A stretch of 64,000 nucleotides of DNA from a virus (taxonomy: Duplodnaviria; Caudoviricetes). How positions within the stretch are numbered: the first letter of the stretch is position 1; each line of letters starts with the position of its first letter. The stretch is from IMG/VR virus record IMGVR_UViG_3300032318_000487, positions 1 to 64,000 of that record; one strand, 5' to 3'. Positions 34,582 through 44,537 of this stretch are shown in pieces. The notes beneath the pieces are model-generated. The model was given only the letters and a program-made list of their open reading frames with translations, was not told the DNA's origin and did no database searches. Both the position numbers and the translations under genes were made by a program.

Positions 34582-35273
34582 TTATCTCCAAGATCAAGGC
34601 AATCTTTCAGCGACGGAAAAACTTCCGTGATCTGATACCAAGCATCAGCAGCAACTTCACGATGTTCCTTCTGTGTTTCTGGACCCATACGTAACTGGCA
34701 GTAATGAATCCAAGAACGCAGAGTACCATTCATATACATGCGAGAAACAGTCAGACCTTCAGGAAGAACAGCACGTGCCTGTTCCTTTGCAATACCGTTA
34801 TCAATAGCCCAAGCGTAAGCTCTTTTAGATTCCGTGGTAACAACTTCTTGCATCATAACCCAACGGTCATGCAGCCCACCTTGATAGTCGTCGTTCGTAT
34901 CAATCTCAATGCTATTCTGACGGTTCTTCGTATCCTGCAAACGAGCTTCACGAGTAACGAAACCCAAGTCCTTAGTAGGATCAGCATAACGCTGACTGAA
35001 CTCTTGAAACGAGAATGAGCGATGACGGAGAATCTGACGAGCGATGTCCCTGGTTGTTTCAATGGACATAGTGATACTTACAGTTTCAAAAACGCTCCAG
35101 TGCTTGTGCTTGGCACAATAACGTAATAGTTTTGGAGCAGTCATACTATTCATTTGATTAGAAGGATTGGATACTCTAGCACAGTAAGCAATGAACTCAT
35201 CAGGTGTCATTCTAACACCATTTTCATTGTCAATCAAGGGTTGTGTAACAGCAATAATCTTAGCAGTATTCAT
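34578..35273 (-). CDS. thyX: FAD-dependent thymidylate synthase
   Basis: RHRSFSFQEFSQRY ThyX signature; EQARAVLP. Confidence 0.96.
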   Translation of the reverse strand: MNTAKIIAVTQPLIDNENGVRMTPDEFIAYCARVSNPSNQMNSMTAPKLLRYCAKHKHWSVFETVSITMSIETTRDIARQILRHRSFSFQEFSQRYADPTKDLGFVTREARLQDTKNRQNSIEIDTNDDYQGGLHDRWVMMQEVVTTESKRAYAWAIDNGIAKEQARAVLPEGLTVSRMYMNGTLRSWIHYCQLRMGPETQKEHREVAADAWYQITEVFPSLKDCLDLGDK

Positions 35274-35539
35274 ATAACTTCAGCTCCCAATAGACGCCAA
35301 CCATCAATTGGTTGATCTTTGAACATATCATACATTTGACTCTTAGCTATATCATAGGCACTTTCCTTAGTCTTAGCGAGTACTATGATTTCTTTTTCTT
35401 CATAATAGTCTCTACGATAAGGTTTCAACTTTACTTTAAACTTCTTCATACCCTTGTTCTGATCTCTATACTGCTTCCAGTATCCATATGGCTTGTTTTG
35501 CCATATGTCTTCCATTTCTTCTTTAGTCAAGCCTATCAT
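35270..35539 (-). CDS. Hypothetical protein
   Basis: ORF track. Confidence 0.55.
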   Translation of the reverse strand: MIGLTKEEMEDIWQNKPYGYWKQYRDQNKGMKKFKVKLKPYRRDYYEEKEIIVLAKTKESAYDIAKSQMYDMFKDQPIDGWRLLGAEVI

Positions 35540-35828
35540 GATACTTGGTTTCCCATTCAGTTTGCTTCACTGGATCTTTCAATGGATACTTTTTACACAC
35601 TTCGAAGTAGTCTTTAGATGGTTCTCTTGGATTCATCTTATGATACTTAGTTGCTTTCTCAATTCGCTTTTGTTCCATTATCCTCAGATATTCTTCATCA
35701 GGAACACGACCGTCTCCAGTATACTTGCACCAGTCTGAGAAATAAACATTGTTGATGAATGTTTTACCAAAAATCCAGTCGTCAGACTTCGATGTGATCT
35801 TGTGGAACACGTCATAGTTATTTGACAT
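35523..35828 (-). CDS. Hypothetical protein
   Basis: ORF track. Confidence 0.5.
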   Translation of the reverse strand: MSNNYDVFHKITSKSDDWIFGKTFINNVYFSDWCKYTGDGRVPDEEYLRIMEQKRIEKATKYHKMNPREPSKDYFEVCKKYPLKDPVKQTEWETKYHDRLD

Positions 35829-35835
35829 TATATGA

Positions 35836-36555
35836 TTAGCCTTTGATTTGTGGATACTGAACGCTATATTCCATGCGAAGAATCATTTCTGTTTCTTGCC
35901 AACTCTTCACATGATAATACTGATCTGAAAGGATTGCAATATGAAAATCGTTTTCATCTTCGTTACATTTATCACCAAAGAAGATGATCTTTTTATCATC
36001 TTCAGTTATAAAAGGAAAAATCTGACCTTTGTCATTTCCTCTTAGATGGATGTCAATTCCTAAATCACCAGCAATGTAACAGTCTAGTCTGGGTAAAAGA
36101 GACCTAATCTTTCTAACAAGATATGCTCGTTCTTTAGTCTTTTTGTCCCATTCAATATATTCCTCACGTTGCTTCTTAGTTGCGTTTCTACCCAGAACTG
36201 AAAAGTTAACAAGTCCTGTTTTCTTTTCAAAGTGATAGCCAGTTCTGGTTGCGAAGAATGATCTGTTCAACAAGGTCTCAATGATATCTTTCTCATGGTA
36301 AGTTAAATCAAATCTGTTCGAATAGATTTTCTTACTATCAGAATGATACTCATTACCACCACATGTGAAAATGCCTTCACATGCTTTAATAAGATCAGGA
36401 CCGAGTTGACTCTCAGTCTGATCTAAATCGTTTCCGGTAACAATGTAAACTTTGTTCTTTAGACAGAAAGACTTAAAGAAGTGTTTAAAGTCTGTGTCCA
36501 TTTCTTTCTTGGAGGGTGTTAGTGTGCCGTCAACGTCGAAAACAAAGATATACAT
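35836..36555 (-). CDS. HAD-IIB phosphomannomutase-like enzyme (eukaryotic PMM type)
   Basis: FDVDGTLTP, TG.HFE..TGLVNFSVLGRNA, FFGDK....NDF. Confidence 0.82.
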   Translation of the reverse strand: MYIFVFDVDGTLTPSKKEMDTDFKHFFKSFCLKNKVYIVTGNDLDQTESQLGPDLIKACEGIFTCGGNEYHSDSKKIYSNRFDLTYHEKDIIETLLNRSFFATRTGYHFEKKTGLVNFSVLGRNATKKQREEYIEWDKKTKERAYLVRKIRSLLPRLDCYIAGDLGIDIHLRGNDKGQIFPFITEDDKKIIFFGDKCNEDENDFHIAILSDQYYHVKSWQETEMILRMEYSVQYPQIKG

Positions 36556-36571
36556 TCATACCTCAAATATA

Positions 36572-36645
36572 TGGAGCGGGCAACAGGATTCGAACCAGTA
36601 TCTCTAGCTTGGAAGGCTAAGGCACAACCTTTATACCATACCCGC
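36572..36645 (-). tRNA. tRNA-Gly(UCC)
   Basis: GCGGGTA acceptor, TTAGC-CTTCCAA-GCTAG anticodon arm, T-arm, CCA. Confidence 0.9.
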
Positions 36646-37143
36646 GAGTTTTTCTCTGTGCTTTCGTTTGATAGCTTCAGAGATGTTTTTTCTATGTTCA
36701 TCAGATTTGGGTTTATCTTTTAGGGCGATAGAATTTTTGATTGAAATGGCATTCTTTTGTTCTTCAGAAATAGGAATACCTTTTTTATGAGTATTGCCAA
36801 AATGTGCCATTCTTTTCTTAGATTCTTCCGTATGTCGTTTACCTTTGAATTTGGGTATATCATTTGAATTGATATACCCAAATCCTCCATTACCACCTTC
36901 ACATAAATTATAAGACGATTCTGACAAAATAACAAGTTCTCTTTCTTTGTTATTCATCTCTTCTTCATTATCAAACACAAACAAAATTTCTTTCCTAAAT
37001 GATTCTTTACCATACTTTTTGATAGCTTGTTTCAATAGTTTTCCAGAACCAAGATATGAATCATTTATATCTTTTGTTTTATGTTTTCCTATATAAAAGC
37101 GATCATTCACAGTGTTAACAGTTTTATAAACAATATAAAACAT
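36631..37143 (-). mobile_element. GIY-YIG (Seg-like) homing endonuclease with NUMOD3 repeats
   Basis: YIVYKTVN..NDRFYIGKH...YLGSG, YNL.EGG.GG, HTEESKKRM, KSDEHRKNISEA. Confidence 0.88.
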
Positions 37144-37176
37144 AAGGCTGACACTCTACCCCTGAGTTATACCCGC
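37144..37176 (-). pseudogene. 5' half of a tRNA-Gly, truncated in the anticodon loop directly before the endonuclease ATG
   Basis: GCGGGTA-TA-ACTC-AGGGGTA-GAGT-G-TCAGC-CTT|ATG; perfect D-stem and the same first 8 nt as the intact tRNA-Gly(UCC). Confidence 0.85.
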
Positions 37177-37293
37177 ATTTTTATTCTTATCTGTTTTAGG
37201 CTTTAGTTTTGGATCAACAGGTTTGATTTCTTCTTTTGGAGGAACGAAGTCAGCACTTGCAGGTCTAAACCAACTTTTAATCCATTTCCACAT
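37156..37293 (-). CDS. 45-aa Lys/Pro-rich late protein whose stop codon lies in the tRNA fragment
   Basis: Manual translation MWKWIKSWFRPASADFVPPKEEIKPVDPKLKPKTDKNKNAGITQG*; GGAG RBS and CATAAATA upstream. Confidence 0.6.
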   Translation of the reverse strand: MWKWIKSWFRPASADFVPPKEEIKPVDPKLKPKTDKNKNAGITQG

Positions 37294-37340
37294 TGAAAAC
37301 TCCTGTGTTGCTTTCAATGTATTTATGAAAATATATCATT

Positions 37341-37529
37341 CTATGTGTTGGATGTCAATAACAATCTTCTTTTTTCCGATTCGATATTGATCTGTTCCTT
37401 TCGCTGATTATCCGCACCGAACCATTCCGTAATCTCATCGTAAGTTCTTCCACAACCTATACACACTAAAAGCTCTTTCAATTCAGTATAGGAACAAATC
37501 TTAACACAAGGAGAATTACTTCTTGTCAT
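37341..37529 (-). CDS. DUF1289-family Cys-rich protein
   Basis: SPCVKIC....CIGCGRTYDEITEW. Confidence 0.85.
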   Translation of the reverse strand: MTRSNSPCVKICSYTELKELLVCIGCGRTYDEITEWFGADNQRKEQINIESEKRRLLLTSNT

Positions 37530-37641
37530 TATTTTCCTTCTTCTTTGTGTTCTTTTCCCTCAACTTCTGAAGTCTCTCTCTTGCTGCTTGAGACTTTTCC
37601 TTATGTGAACTTAGAGTTGATCTCTTCTTTTCCTCAGACAT
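37516..37641 (-). CDS. Basic hypothetical protein (41 aa)
   Basis: Manual translation MSEEKKRSTLSSHKEKSQAARERLQKLREKNTKKKENNDKK. Confidence 0.45.
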   Translation of the reverse strand: MSEEKKRSTLSSHKEKSQAARERLQKLREKNTKKKENNDKK

Positions 37642-38416
37642 ATTCTTTCCTCTTTATTAACTTTGCTGATAAGTTGGTGACTGTATCTAAGTTTTTGACT
37701 GAATACACTTTAGCGTTTGAATCACTACAGACCCACATCTCATCTCGAAATCTATCTGGTGCTGTTCTCAACCAAGAGTCTCTAGTTTTTGATTGAAGGT
37801 TTTTCCACCAGTCAATGGTTGATGGATCAGGTAACCTTCTTAAGTAGCTTGAGTTTGACCACCAGAAGTTACCACTGAAGTGTGGACAAGGTTCGTCAAA
37901 GTAATTAACACCAGCAACATCATGAGTATTTAGCGACTCAACACATCTTTCCCAGTTTTCGATAACACCCCAATTCAAGAACTGTCTCCAGTAATAGTAG
38001 TTCTTGAATGTACCGATGTTTCTCTTTTTAAGATGGTTATCAACTGAAGTTATGCCCTTCGTGTGTAGATACAAAGCAGTGAAGACATCATTCTGAGAAT
38101 CATTCCATATTCTTTGAAGAATGACGTTTTCAGTGATTGTCTCTGAGTTGTTGATGCCACTTAGCATGACACCATCATTTGAGTGATTGTTCTTGAACAC
38201 AATCAACTTTGCATTTGGTAGTGCAAAGCTCATACAAAGATCAGCAAATATCTTGGTTCTCTCATCTTGCTGAGAGACGCATGTTATCGTAATATCATCA
38301 AACGATGAAAGAAGATGATGGTCTTCCATCATCTTCATCTGTTCCATGAATGGATATACCCAAGTTGAATACTCATCACTTAGGTATACATGATAGTACA
38401 AATACTTTTTCATCAA
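37634..38416 (-). CDS. Putative glycosyltransferase-like protein
   Basis: LYLHTKG.S...WRQFLNW, HFSGNFWW, DEMWV; located in the glycan cluster. Confidence 0.55.
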   Translation of the reverse strand: MMKKYLYYHVYLSDEYSTWVYPFMEQMKMMEDHHLLSSFDDITITCVSQQDERTKIFADLCMSFALPNAKLIVFKNNHSNDGVMLSGINNSETITENVILQRIWNDSQNDVFTALYLHTKGITSVDNHLKKRNIGTFKNYYYWRQFLNWGVIENWERCVESLNTHDVAGVNYFDEPCPHFSGNFWWSNSSYLRRLPDPSTIDWWKNLQSKTRDSWLRTAPDRFRDEMWVCSDSNAKVYSVKNLDTVTNLSAKLIKRKEYV

Positions 38417-39648
38417 TCTACAATCTTAACTTCAGGAAAGTATTTGATAAATCTATCATACTCATTGTCTCGAATGCCCTTGATCTTGTCTCTGATCTCA
38501 TCAAAGAAGTTCCATGCTAATGGTACGAATAGAGTGGTTCCCTTCAACTTAAGAATCTCTTTCTGTGAGACAACTGGAATACTAGAACCAGGTGTGAATC
38601 TACCTTGCTTTAGTGGATTATCATCGACAATGAAATCTAGATCCAACTTAGCATAGTTCAACAGAGTCATACCCTTTGCTGCTGCACCATATCCAACGAC
38701 ATTCCAATCAATCATGCCTTGCCGAACAAAATCTGTTTGATGCTTCAACTCAGACACGATATCATTACAACGTTGTGCGTATCGTACATATGTCTCAGGA
38801 CTGTAGAGTCCATTAGATTGCTCTTCCTTAATTAGAAGATCAACGTTTCTTCCATCAAACTTCTTTCGAATCACGAAGACAAAGCTAGTACCATGAATTG
38901 GCATGTAGTCAACACCAACCAGATACAGACCAGCTCTCTTACATAACTTATCCATTGACTGAATATTGAAGAATGATACATGCTCATGATAGATTGTATC
39001 AAACTCATTGTTCTTGATCATGTTAGCTTGTGATGTTTGAATGATGAGTGTGCTATCATCATGCATAACACTCTTGGCAGTCAAGAGAAAGTTTAGTGGA
39101 TTAGGACCATGTGCAAAGACATTCTGTGCTGTTATGACATCAAAACTTAGCTTTGCTTTGTTAATTCTCTCTGCAAAATTATGATCAAACCATTCACAGA
39201 AAATAGAGTGACCCTTCTTTGAAGAAACTTCTTCAAGATTCTTTGCTGGATCAACACCAAATGTGATGAAACCCAAATCTTTGAAATAATCTAGCTGAGT
39301 ACCATCATTACAACCAACATCTAGTACAAGCTTACCCTTTGTTGTCTTTACTGCAAACTCTGCGAAAGTCTTCATGTGTGAGTGCATCGTCTTTGACGTG
39401 CCACTAACATAAAGATAATCATTGAACATCAACTCAGGATTAACTGAGTGTGTAAGTTGCACATGATAGCAATCTTCACAATGATTGATCGCAAGAGGAT
39501 ATTCTTCTTGCACATCATCTCTCTTTAACTTGAATGAGTTTGCAAGTGGTTGCTTACCCAAGTCAAGGGTAAGCTTTAAATTGCTTGAACCACATGCGAC
39601 GCAGTGGTCAAGATGTTTTACATTATCTGACGATTCTAGGTGAGACAC
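38413..39648 (-). CDS. NDP-hexose C-methyltransferase-like (Zn-binding N-terminus + class I SAM MTase + C-terminal domain)
   Basis: CVACG..L..LDLGKQPLANS, CEDCYHVQL, DVGCNDG, YHEH..FF, YGAAAKG, LAWNF. Confidence 0.9.
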   Translation of the reverse strand: MSHLESSDNVKHLDHCVACGSSNLKLTLDLGKQPLANSFKLKRDDVQEEYPLAINHCEDCYHVQLTHSVNPELMFNDYLYVSGTSKTMHSHMKTFAEFAVKTTKGKLVLDVGCNDGTQLDYFKDLGFITFGVDPAKNLEEVSSKKGHSIFCEWFDHNFAERINKAKLSFDVITAQNVFAHGPNPLNFLLTAKSVMHDDSTLIIQTSQANMIKNNEFDTIYHEHVSFFNIQSMDKLCKRAGLYLVGVDYMPIHGTSFVFVIRKKFDGRNVDLLIKEEQSNGLYSPETYVRYAQRCNDIVSELKHQTDFVRQGMIDWNVVGYGAAAKGMTLLNYAKLDLDFIVDDNPLKQGRFTPGSSIPVVSQKEILKLKGTTLFVPLAWNFFDEIRDKIKGIRDNEYDRFIKYFPEVKIVD

Positions 39649-40294
39649 GCTTCATATCCTTCTTGCCGAACTTTTCAAACACAACCATACTATCATAGAA
39701 ATGAACAGATGACAAACCCTTAGATAGCTTCCATCTACGTTCTAGCTCAGTTGTATATTGTTCTTTCCAATTCCAGTGTAGAACATCAACATACGACTTT
39801 GCATATTCAATGAATGTTGAACTCTTGTTTAGACCACCACCATTATATGACATATAACTTGTATGACAGTCTTCACAGATGTAAACACTACCTTCTGGCA
39901 TTAGAGGAAACACTTTTTCAAAAGTCAAGATTTGTTGGTCCATGAAGTGACCACCATCATCGATAAAGATATCGATGTTTCTATTGACTAAGAATGTGTC
40001 CCAGAATGAAGCTGAACTCTGATCACCAATAACAACACTGATCTTTTGATTTTTATACTTTAGATTAGCACACTCAGGATCGACATCAATTCCTGTAATG
40101 TTCTTTGCATTTGGAAAATATGTAGACCACATATCAAGTGATCCACCCTTTTGAACACCGACCTCAACAAGGTCGATGCTCTTTCCATTTAGTCTAAAGT
40201 TACTCAGATGTCTCTCATAAACATCGAAGTAAGATTCCCACTTGTCAGATGGGTGACTTAGACTTTCGTCAAAGATTTCTCTTAGTAGACTCAT
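39623..40294 (-). CDS. Class I SAM-dependent (sugar O-) methyltransferase
   Basis: KW..YF.VYERH, EVGVQKGGSL, GDQS, IDDGGH, YICED. Confidence 0.85.
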   Translation of the reverse strand: MSLLREIFDESLSHPSDKWESYFDVYERHLSNFRLNGKSIDLVEVGVQKGGSLDMWSTYFPNAKNITGIDVDPECANLKYKNQKISVVIGDQSSASFWDTFLVNRNIDIFIDDGGHFMDQQILTFEKVFPLMPEGSVYICEDCHTSYMSYNGGGLNKSSTFIEYAKSYVDVLHWNWKEQYTTELERRWKLSKGLSSVHFYDSMVVFEKFGKKDMKRVSPRIVR

Positions 40295-41334
40295 AGTTCA
40301 ATCCATTCTTTGTTTGCAAGGGACCAGTCAACAACTTCCTTGATGCGTTCATTTAGTGTGAACCTTGGTTCCCAACCTAGTTCTCGCATATAATCTCCAG
40401 ACAATGCATAACGTAGATCATGGCCTGGTCTTGACGTATGGAAGTCAATCATTTCATAGATCGGATCTTTGTTCTGTGCCCTAGCAATGATGTTGACCAG
40501 ATCAAGATTGTTGATCTCTTCCTTACCAACAACATTGAACTTTGGACACTTTGCACCACCAAAGTCTGGCTCGTAGACCTTAGACAGAACCTTCTCATCC
40601 TTCATGTTAAGAAGGAAGTACATTGCTTCGGCAACATCCTTAGCGTGAATATAGAAGCGACTACCAGGAATAGTCTTCGTCTCGTCAGAATGAATGAAAA
40701 TCTTTTCGTTATCTCGAATCTTTCGAATACACATTGGAATGAACTTCTCTGGATGCTGTCTTTCACCAAAGACGTTCATTGTATGTGTGATGAAGATTGG
40801 AAGCTTGTACGTGTTCTCGTAAGCGACACAAAACTCTTCTGCTGCTGCCTTTGAAGCTGAGTATGGATTCGTTGAGTTGTAACGATCACGTTCCTTGTAT
40901 GAAACACCAGGTGGTGCAATACCAAAGATTTCATCTGTACTGAAATAGATCATTCGCTCAAGATTCTTCAGTGAACGTGCATAGTTGAGAATGTTCACTG
41001 TTCCAATGGTATTGTCCATAACAAATTCCATTGGATGAGTAATTGACCGATCAACGTGACTTGAAGCAGCAAGATGCAAGATGATGTTTACATCACCAAT
41101 AAAGTTTGAATTGATCTCTTTGATTTCAGCCTTAAGATCATGCCAAACGATCTTAACACGCTTTCGAGTTGATGCTGGATAACGAGACACAACATTATCT
41201 AAGCGGTTAAGATTACCAGAATAGTCTAGACGATCAAGAGATACGATTTCCCAATCAGTCTTTTGAAGAAAGAGATCAATGATGTGATGACCAATAAAAC
41301 CAGCACCACCAGTAATAAGAACCTTCTTTGTCAT
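40291..41334 (-). CDS. rmlB: dTDP-glucose 4,6-dehydratase-like extended SDR
   Basis: GGAGFIG, HLAASSHVDRSI, STDEIFG, YSASK, RPGHDLRY. Confidence 0.88.
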   Translation of the reverse strand: MTKKVLITGGAGFIGHHIIDLFLQKTDWEIVSLDRLDYSGNLNRLDNVVSRYPASTRKRVKIVWHDLKAEIKEINSNFIGDVNIILHLAASSHVDRSITHPMEFVMDNTIGTVNILNYARSLKNLERMIYFSTDEIFGIAPPGVSYKERDRYNSTNPYSASKAAAEEFCVAYENTYKLPIFITHTMNVFGERQHPEKFIPMCIRKIRDNEKIFIHSDETKTIPGSRFYIHAKDVAEAMYFLLNMKDEKVLSKVYEPDFGGAKCPKFNVVGKEEINNLDLVNIIARAQNKDPIYEMIDFHTSRPGHDLRYALSGDYMRELGWEPRFTLNERIKEVVDWSLANKEWIEL

Positions 41335-41351
41335 ATTATCTTTTCACCTTT

Positions 41352-42098
41352 TCATTTTAATTTACAAGCACTAAGAGTCTCTTGTGTATCGGTATACTTA
41401 TATTCAAGTCCAAAACGATCTTTCATATACTTAGGAAACCAATCTTGCATAAGATAGTCCATCTCTTTAAAAGCATTTGTCTTATCATACCAAGATTCAC
41501 GTCGCATATGCTTAATTGAAGATGCATGGATGACATGTGCTGTCTGTCTTAGATAGTAACACATGATCTTATCAATGCCCCATTCAGACTCATTATATAC
41601 GTAATCAGACAGTAATGTCAACACTTTTCTGAATATGTCCGCTCTATAAAATGGAACTCCCATTTCAGTGAAGTTCGTTTCTGTGAAAAGAAACTCAGGC
41701 TTTTGTTCTAAGCAAGGATAAACAGTCCATGATCTTAGAGACTGCTGAAATAGTCTCATATCAAACTGTCTAGCAAGCTGCAATGCCTTCTCTACAGATT
41801 GAATGTCTGTACAATAATCATCATCCCAATATCCGATGTAATCATAGTCCCACCAGCAGATTCCATTCGTTGCTAGAAAAGAGCATAGTTCTGGCAGTTT
41901 CTTCCACTTATGACGAACAGGATAATGAAAGAAGTGATCATACGAATCCATCTCAGGAACATAGTCTTCTTTAAAACCTATAACGCACACTTCATATGTG
42001 CGTCCAGGCTTTACGAATCTCCAATGATTTTCCCTATCATACTCATCGTCATAGAACATAGGACAACCAGTTGGAGTGATGATCAGTGCCTTATCCAT
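41352..42098 (-). CDS. DUF707-family glycosyltransferase-like protein
   Basis: YDYIGYWDDD, LFQQSL, ETNFTEMGVPFY, WGID. Confidence 0.7.
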   Translation of the reverse strand: MDKALIITPTGCPMFYDDEYDRENHWRFVKPGRTYEVCVIGFKEDYVPEMDSYDHFFHYPVRHKWKKLPELCSFLATNGICWWDYDYIGYWDDDYCTDIQSVEKALQLARQFDMRLFQQSLRSWTVYPCLEQKPEFLFTETNFTEMGVPFYRADIFRKVLTLLSDYVYNESEWGIDKIMCYYLRQTAHVIHASSIKHMRRESWYDKTNAFKEMDYLMQDWFPKYMKDRFGLEYKYTDTQETLSACKLK

Positions 42099-42981
42099 TG
42101 TTCAAGGCTCCGACATAAACATTGTTCTCAAACCAGTTTAGAAAGCGAGTCTTGTCCATGAACTTGTTTGCCCTCTGATAGTCTGCAAACATTGGCTGAA
42201 GATACATTTCTTCATAAAGATCAGGAGTTTCATCGATCTCTTTGATTGCTTCAAAGAAGTCTTTGTCATTGCCATAGTCATGCCAGTTAAGAAAAGCTTT
42301 CGTATTGAAGTCAGTTTCGACTGTGGGACTACCCCAATAGATTGGAACAGTCTTAGCACACAATGCTTCATAAAGCTTTTCAGTTGCATAACCAGGATAA
42401 GATGAGTTCTCAAAACAAAGATTGAACTTATATGAGTTGAGAAACTTCAATTTAGCTGCGACTGACTCTTCACCTCTAGGTAGAATATATCCGATGTTAT
42501 TATACAATGGTCCACCAGATGCAACATGCTTGTATGAACTTAGAATATGAAACCAGTCATTTCTCTTTTTACAAGCTTCATTCTTAACAACAAATGAACA
42601 AAAGCCCTTCTTCTCTAGAAGATCAGATGGTGTTCTGTTGATGTTACTTGTGTTAGGTACATCTCTAAAGTGATTGTCATAATCATAGATTACCCAAAGT
42701 GGCAATCGATAGTTCTTGCCACCAAACTCATCATGATCGAATGAGATAGAGAAGTGGCACCTGTAGTCCCAAGGTCTTGCGTTCTCACCTGTATAGAAAA
42801 TCTTTATACAGTTCTTAGAGTCGTATGATGTATTGTTGTTTCCAAAGTTCTTATCACCGAAGATAAGATAATCTGGATTAACATCGTCTCTTACTACTTC
42901 AAATCGCTCAGACAGAATTTTGATAAAGAAGTTTTCAATGGCACCAAACGTGTCTGTAAATCCAAGTCTTAGTTTTTTCAT
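42091..42981 (-). CDS. Glycosyltransferase family 10 (alpha-1,3-fucosyltransferase-like)
   Basis: YKFNLCFENSSYPGYATEKLYEAL...TVPIYWG (alpha-1,3-FucT motif). Confidence 0.92.
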   Translation of the reverse strand: MKKLRLGFTDTFGAIENFFIKILSERFEVVRDDVNPDYLIFGDKNFGNNNTSYDSKNCIKIFYTGENARPWDYRCHFSISFDHDEFGGKNYRLPLWVIYDYDNHFRDVPNTSNINRTPSDLLEKKGFCSFVVKNEACKKRNDWFHILSSYKHVASGGPLYNNIGYILPRGEESVAAKLKFLNSYKFNLCFENSSYPGYATEKLYEALCAKTVPIYWGSPTVETDFNTKAFLNWHDYGNDKDFFEAIKEIDETPDLYEEMYLQPMFADYQRANKFMDKTRFLNWFENNVYVGALNNG

Positions 42982-44021
42982 ACCATAGAGTTCCTGATCA
43001 CAATCTGTTCTTCAATCCATTCGTAAGTATTCTTTAGTCCCTGATAAAGATCATGCTTTGAGTGCCAGTTTAGCTTTTCTTCAATTAGTCGATTGTCTGA
43101 GTTTCTACCTCTCACACCGACTGGCCCTGGAATATGATTAATGTCAATCTTCTTGTTTGCAACTGTTGCAGCAGTGACTACGAGATGATTGATTGTTACC
43201 ATCTCTTCAGATCCGATATTAACTGGACCCATGAAGTCGTCTTGTTCCATGAACAATCTAACTGCCCTGATGCAGTCGTCAATATAGAGGAATGATCTTG
43301 TCTGCTTTCCATCACCCCAAATGTCAATGATATCATCAATGCTCATTGCAATCTTTCTACAGATTGCAGCAGGTGCCTTTTCTTTGCCACCATCCCATGT
43401 GCCTAGTGGACCATAGATATTGTGGAAACGAGCAACACGAATAGGAATACCATAATTACGATTATAAGCGAAATAAAGACGCTCGCTGAATAACTTTTCC
43501 CAACCATACTCACTATCCGGGTTTGCAGGGTATGCACTACTCTCAACACAGTTTGGATTGTCTGGATCCATCTGATTGTGTTCTGGATAGATACATGCCG
43601 AAGATGAATAGAAAATCTTTGTCTTGTTAATCTTATTGATCTTGTTATATACTTTTACAGAGTCAAGAACATTCAGATTGATTGTAGCAGAGTTATGCAT
43701 AACATCTGCATCATGATCACCAGTAAAGATGTATCCTGCACCACCCATGTCTGCTGCAAACTGATAAATCTCATCGAATGGTCGATCAAACTGCATTGCA
43801 AACGTCTGATATGGATTACGACTGACACCAGCATAACTGATTACTTGCCTCACAATGTCATAGTCTCTGAGATCAGCAATCACAAAGTGATCAGCAAAAG
43901 TCTTAGAGAACTCTGGATACTTAAGATCAACACCTCGTACCCAGTATCCTTCTGACTTTAGACGATTTACCATGTGATTGCCGATAAATCCACCAGCACC
44001 AAGAACTAACGCTGTCTTCAT
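42978..44021 (-). CDS. GDP-mannose 3,5-epimerase-like SDR
   Basis: GAGGFIG, AADMGGAGYI, SSACIYP, YGWEKLFSE, EKAPAAICRK, GVRGRNSDN. Confidence 0.88.
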   Translation of the reverse strand: MKTALVLGAGGFIGNHMVNRLKSEGYWVRGVDLKYPEFSKTFADHFVIADLRDYDIVRQVISYAGVSRNPYQTFAMQFDRPFDEIYQFAADMGGAGYIFTGDHDADVMHNSATINLNVLDSVKVYNKINKINKTKIFYSSSACIYPEHNQMDPDNPNCVESSAYPANPDSEYGWEKLFSERLYFAYNRNYGIPIRVARFHNIYGPLGTWDGGKEKAPAAICRKIAMSIDDIIDIWGDGKQTRSFLYIDDCIRAVRLFMEQDDFMGPVNIGSEEMVTINHLVVTAATVANKKIDINHIPGPVGVRGRNSDNRLIEEKLNWHSKHDLYQGLKNTYEWIEEQIVIRNSMV

Positions 44022-44027
44022 GTTAAT

Positions 44028-44531
44028 TTACCTCCTATACCAAAACCAAACAGATCGATTTGAAACAAGAATCGGAGTGCCAATTTTGTTTCTTTTCCTA
44101 AAAGAACTCAACTGTTCTTTGACAGAAACAAGTTCATGTCCGTTACCACAAAAAATACCACCTGGTCTAACAGAATCATAGTATAGCTCAAGTGTTTCGC
44201 AAGTGCAAGCTGTTTTGTCAATTCCAACGAGATCGACTTTCTTTCCCTTCACTTTCTTGATCTTGTCTGTCAGTGTCTTTGTGTTTTCATCGAACACGGG
44301 TTGATACTGACTTTCCTCATTTGAATAGTAGATTTTACTCACATTAGGACAAGATTCAAGAATATCATAGATGCTTTCACCCTTAAGATCGTTCTTAAGA
44401 GTAAGAACAACATCATCCTTATCTAGTCTCTTGATATATGAAATCATTGCCCTTGAGATGAGATCAGCATCGGGCCACATATCAAACTGCTTTCTTTGCT
44501 CAATTGTGAAAAGTTCTGGATCCATAAACAT
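44028..44531 (-). CDS. Divergent methyltransferase-like protein
   Basis: YDSVRPGGIFCGNG resembles the post-II region of Methyltransf_24 enzymes; motif I is not recognisable. Confidence 0.45.
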   Translation of the reverse strand: MFMDPELFTIEQRKQFDMWPDADLISRAMISYIKRLDKDDVVLTLKNDLKGESIYDILESCPNVSKIYYSNEESQYQPVFDENTKTLTDKIKKVKGKKVDLVGIDKTACTCETLELYYDSVRPGGIFCGNGHELVSVKEQLSSFRKRNKIGTPILVSNRSVWFWYRR

Positions 44532-44537
44532 GATATA

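Noticed and set aside
36572-37176. Group I intron in the tRNA-Gly anticodon loop
   Set aside because: The ORF fills the whole interval with no room for a catalytic core, and a complete tRNA with a better anticodon stem exists downstream.
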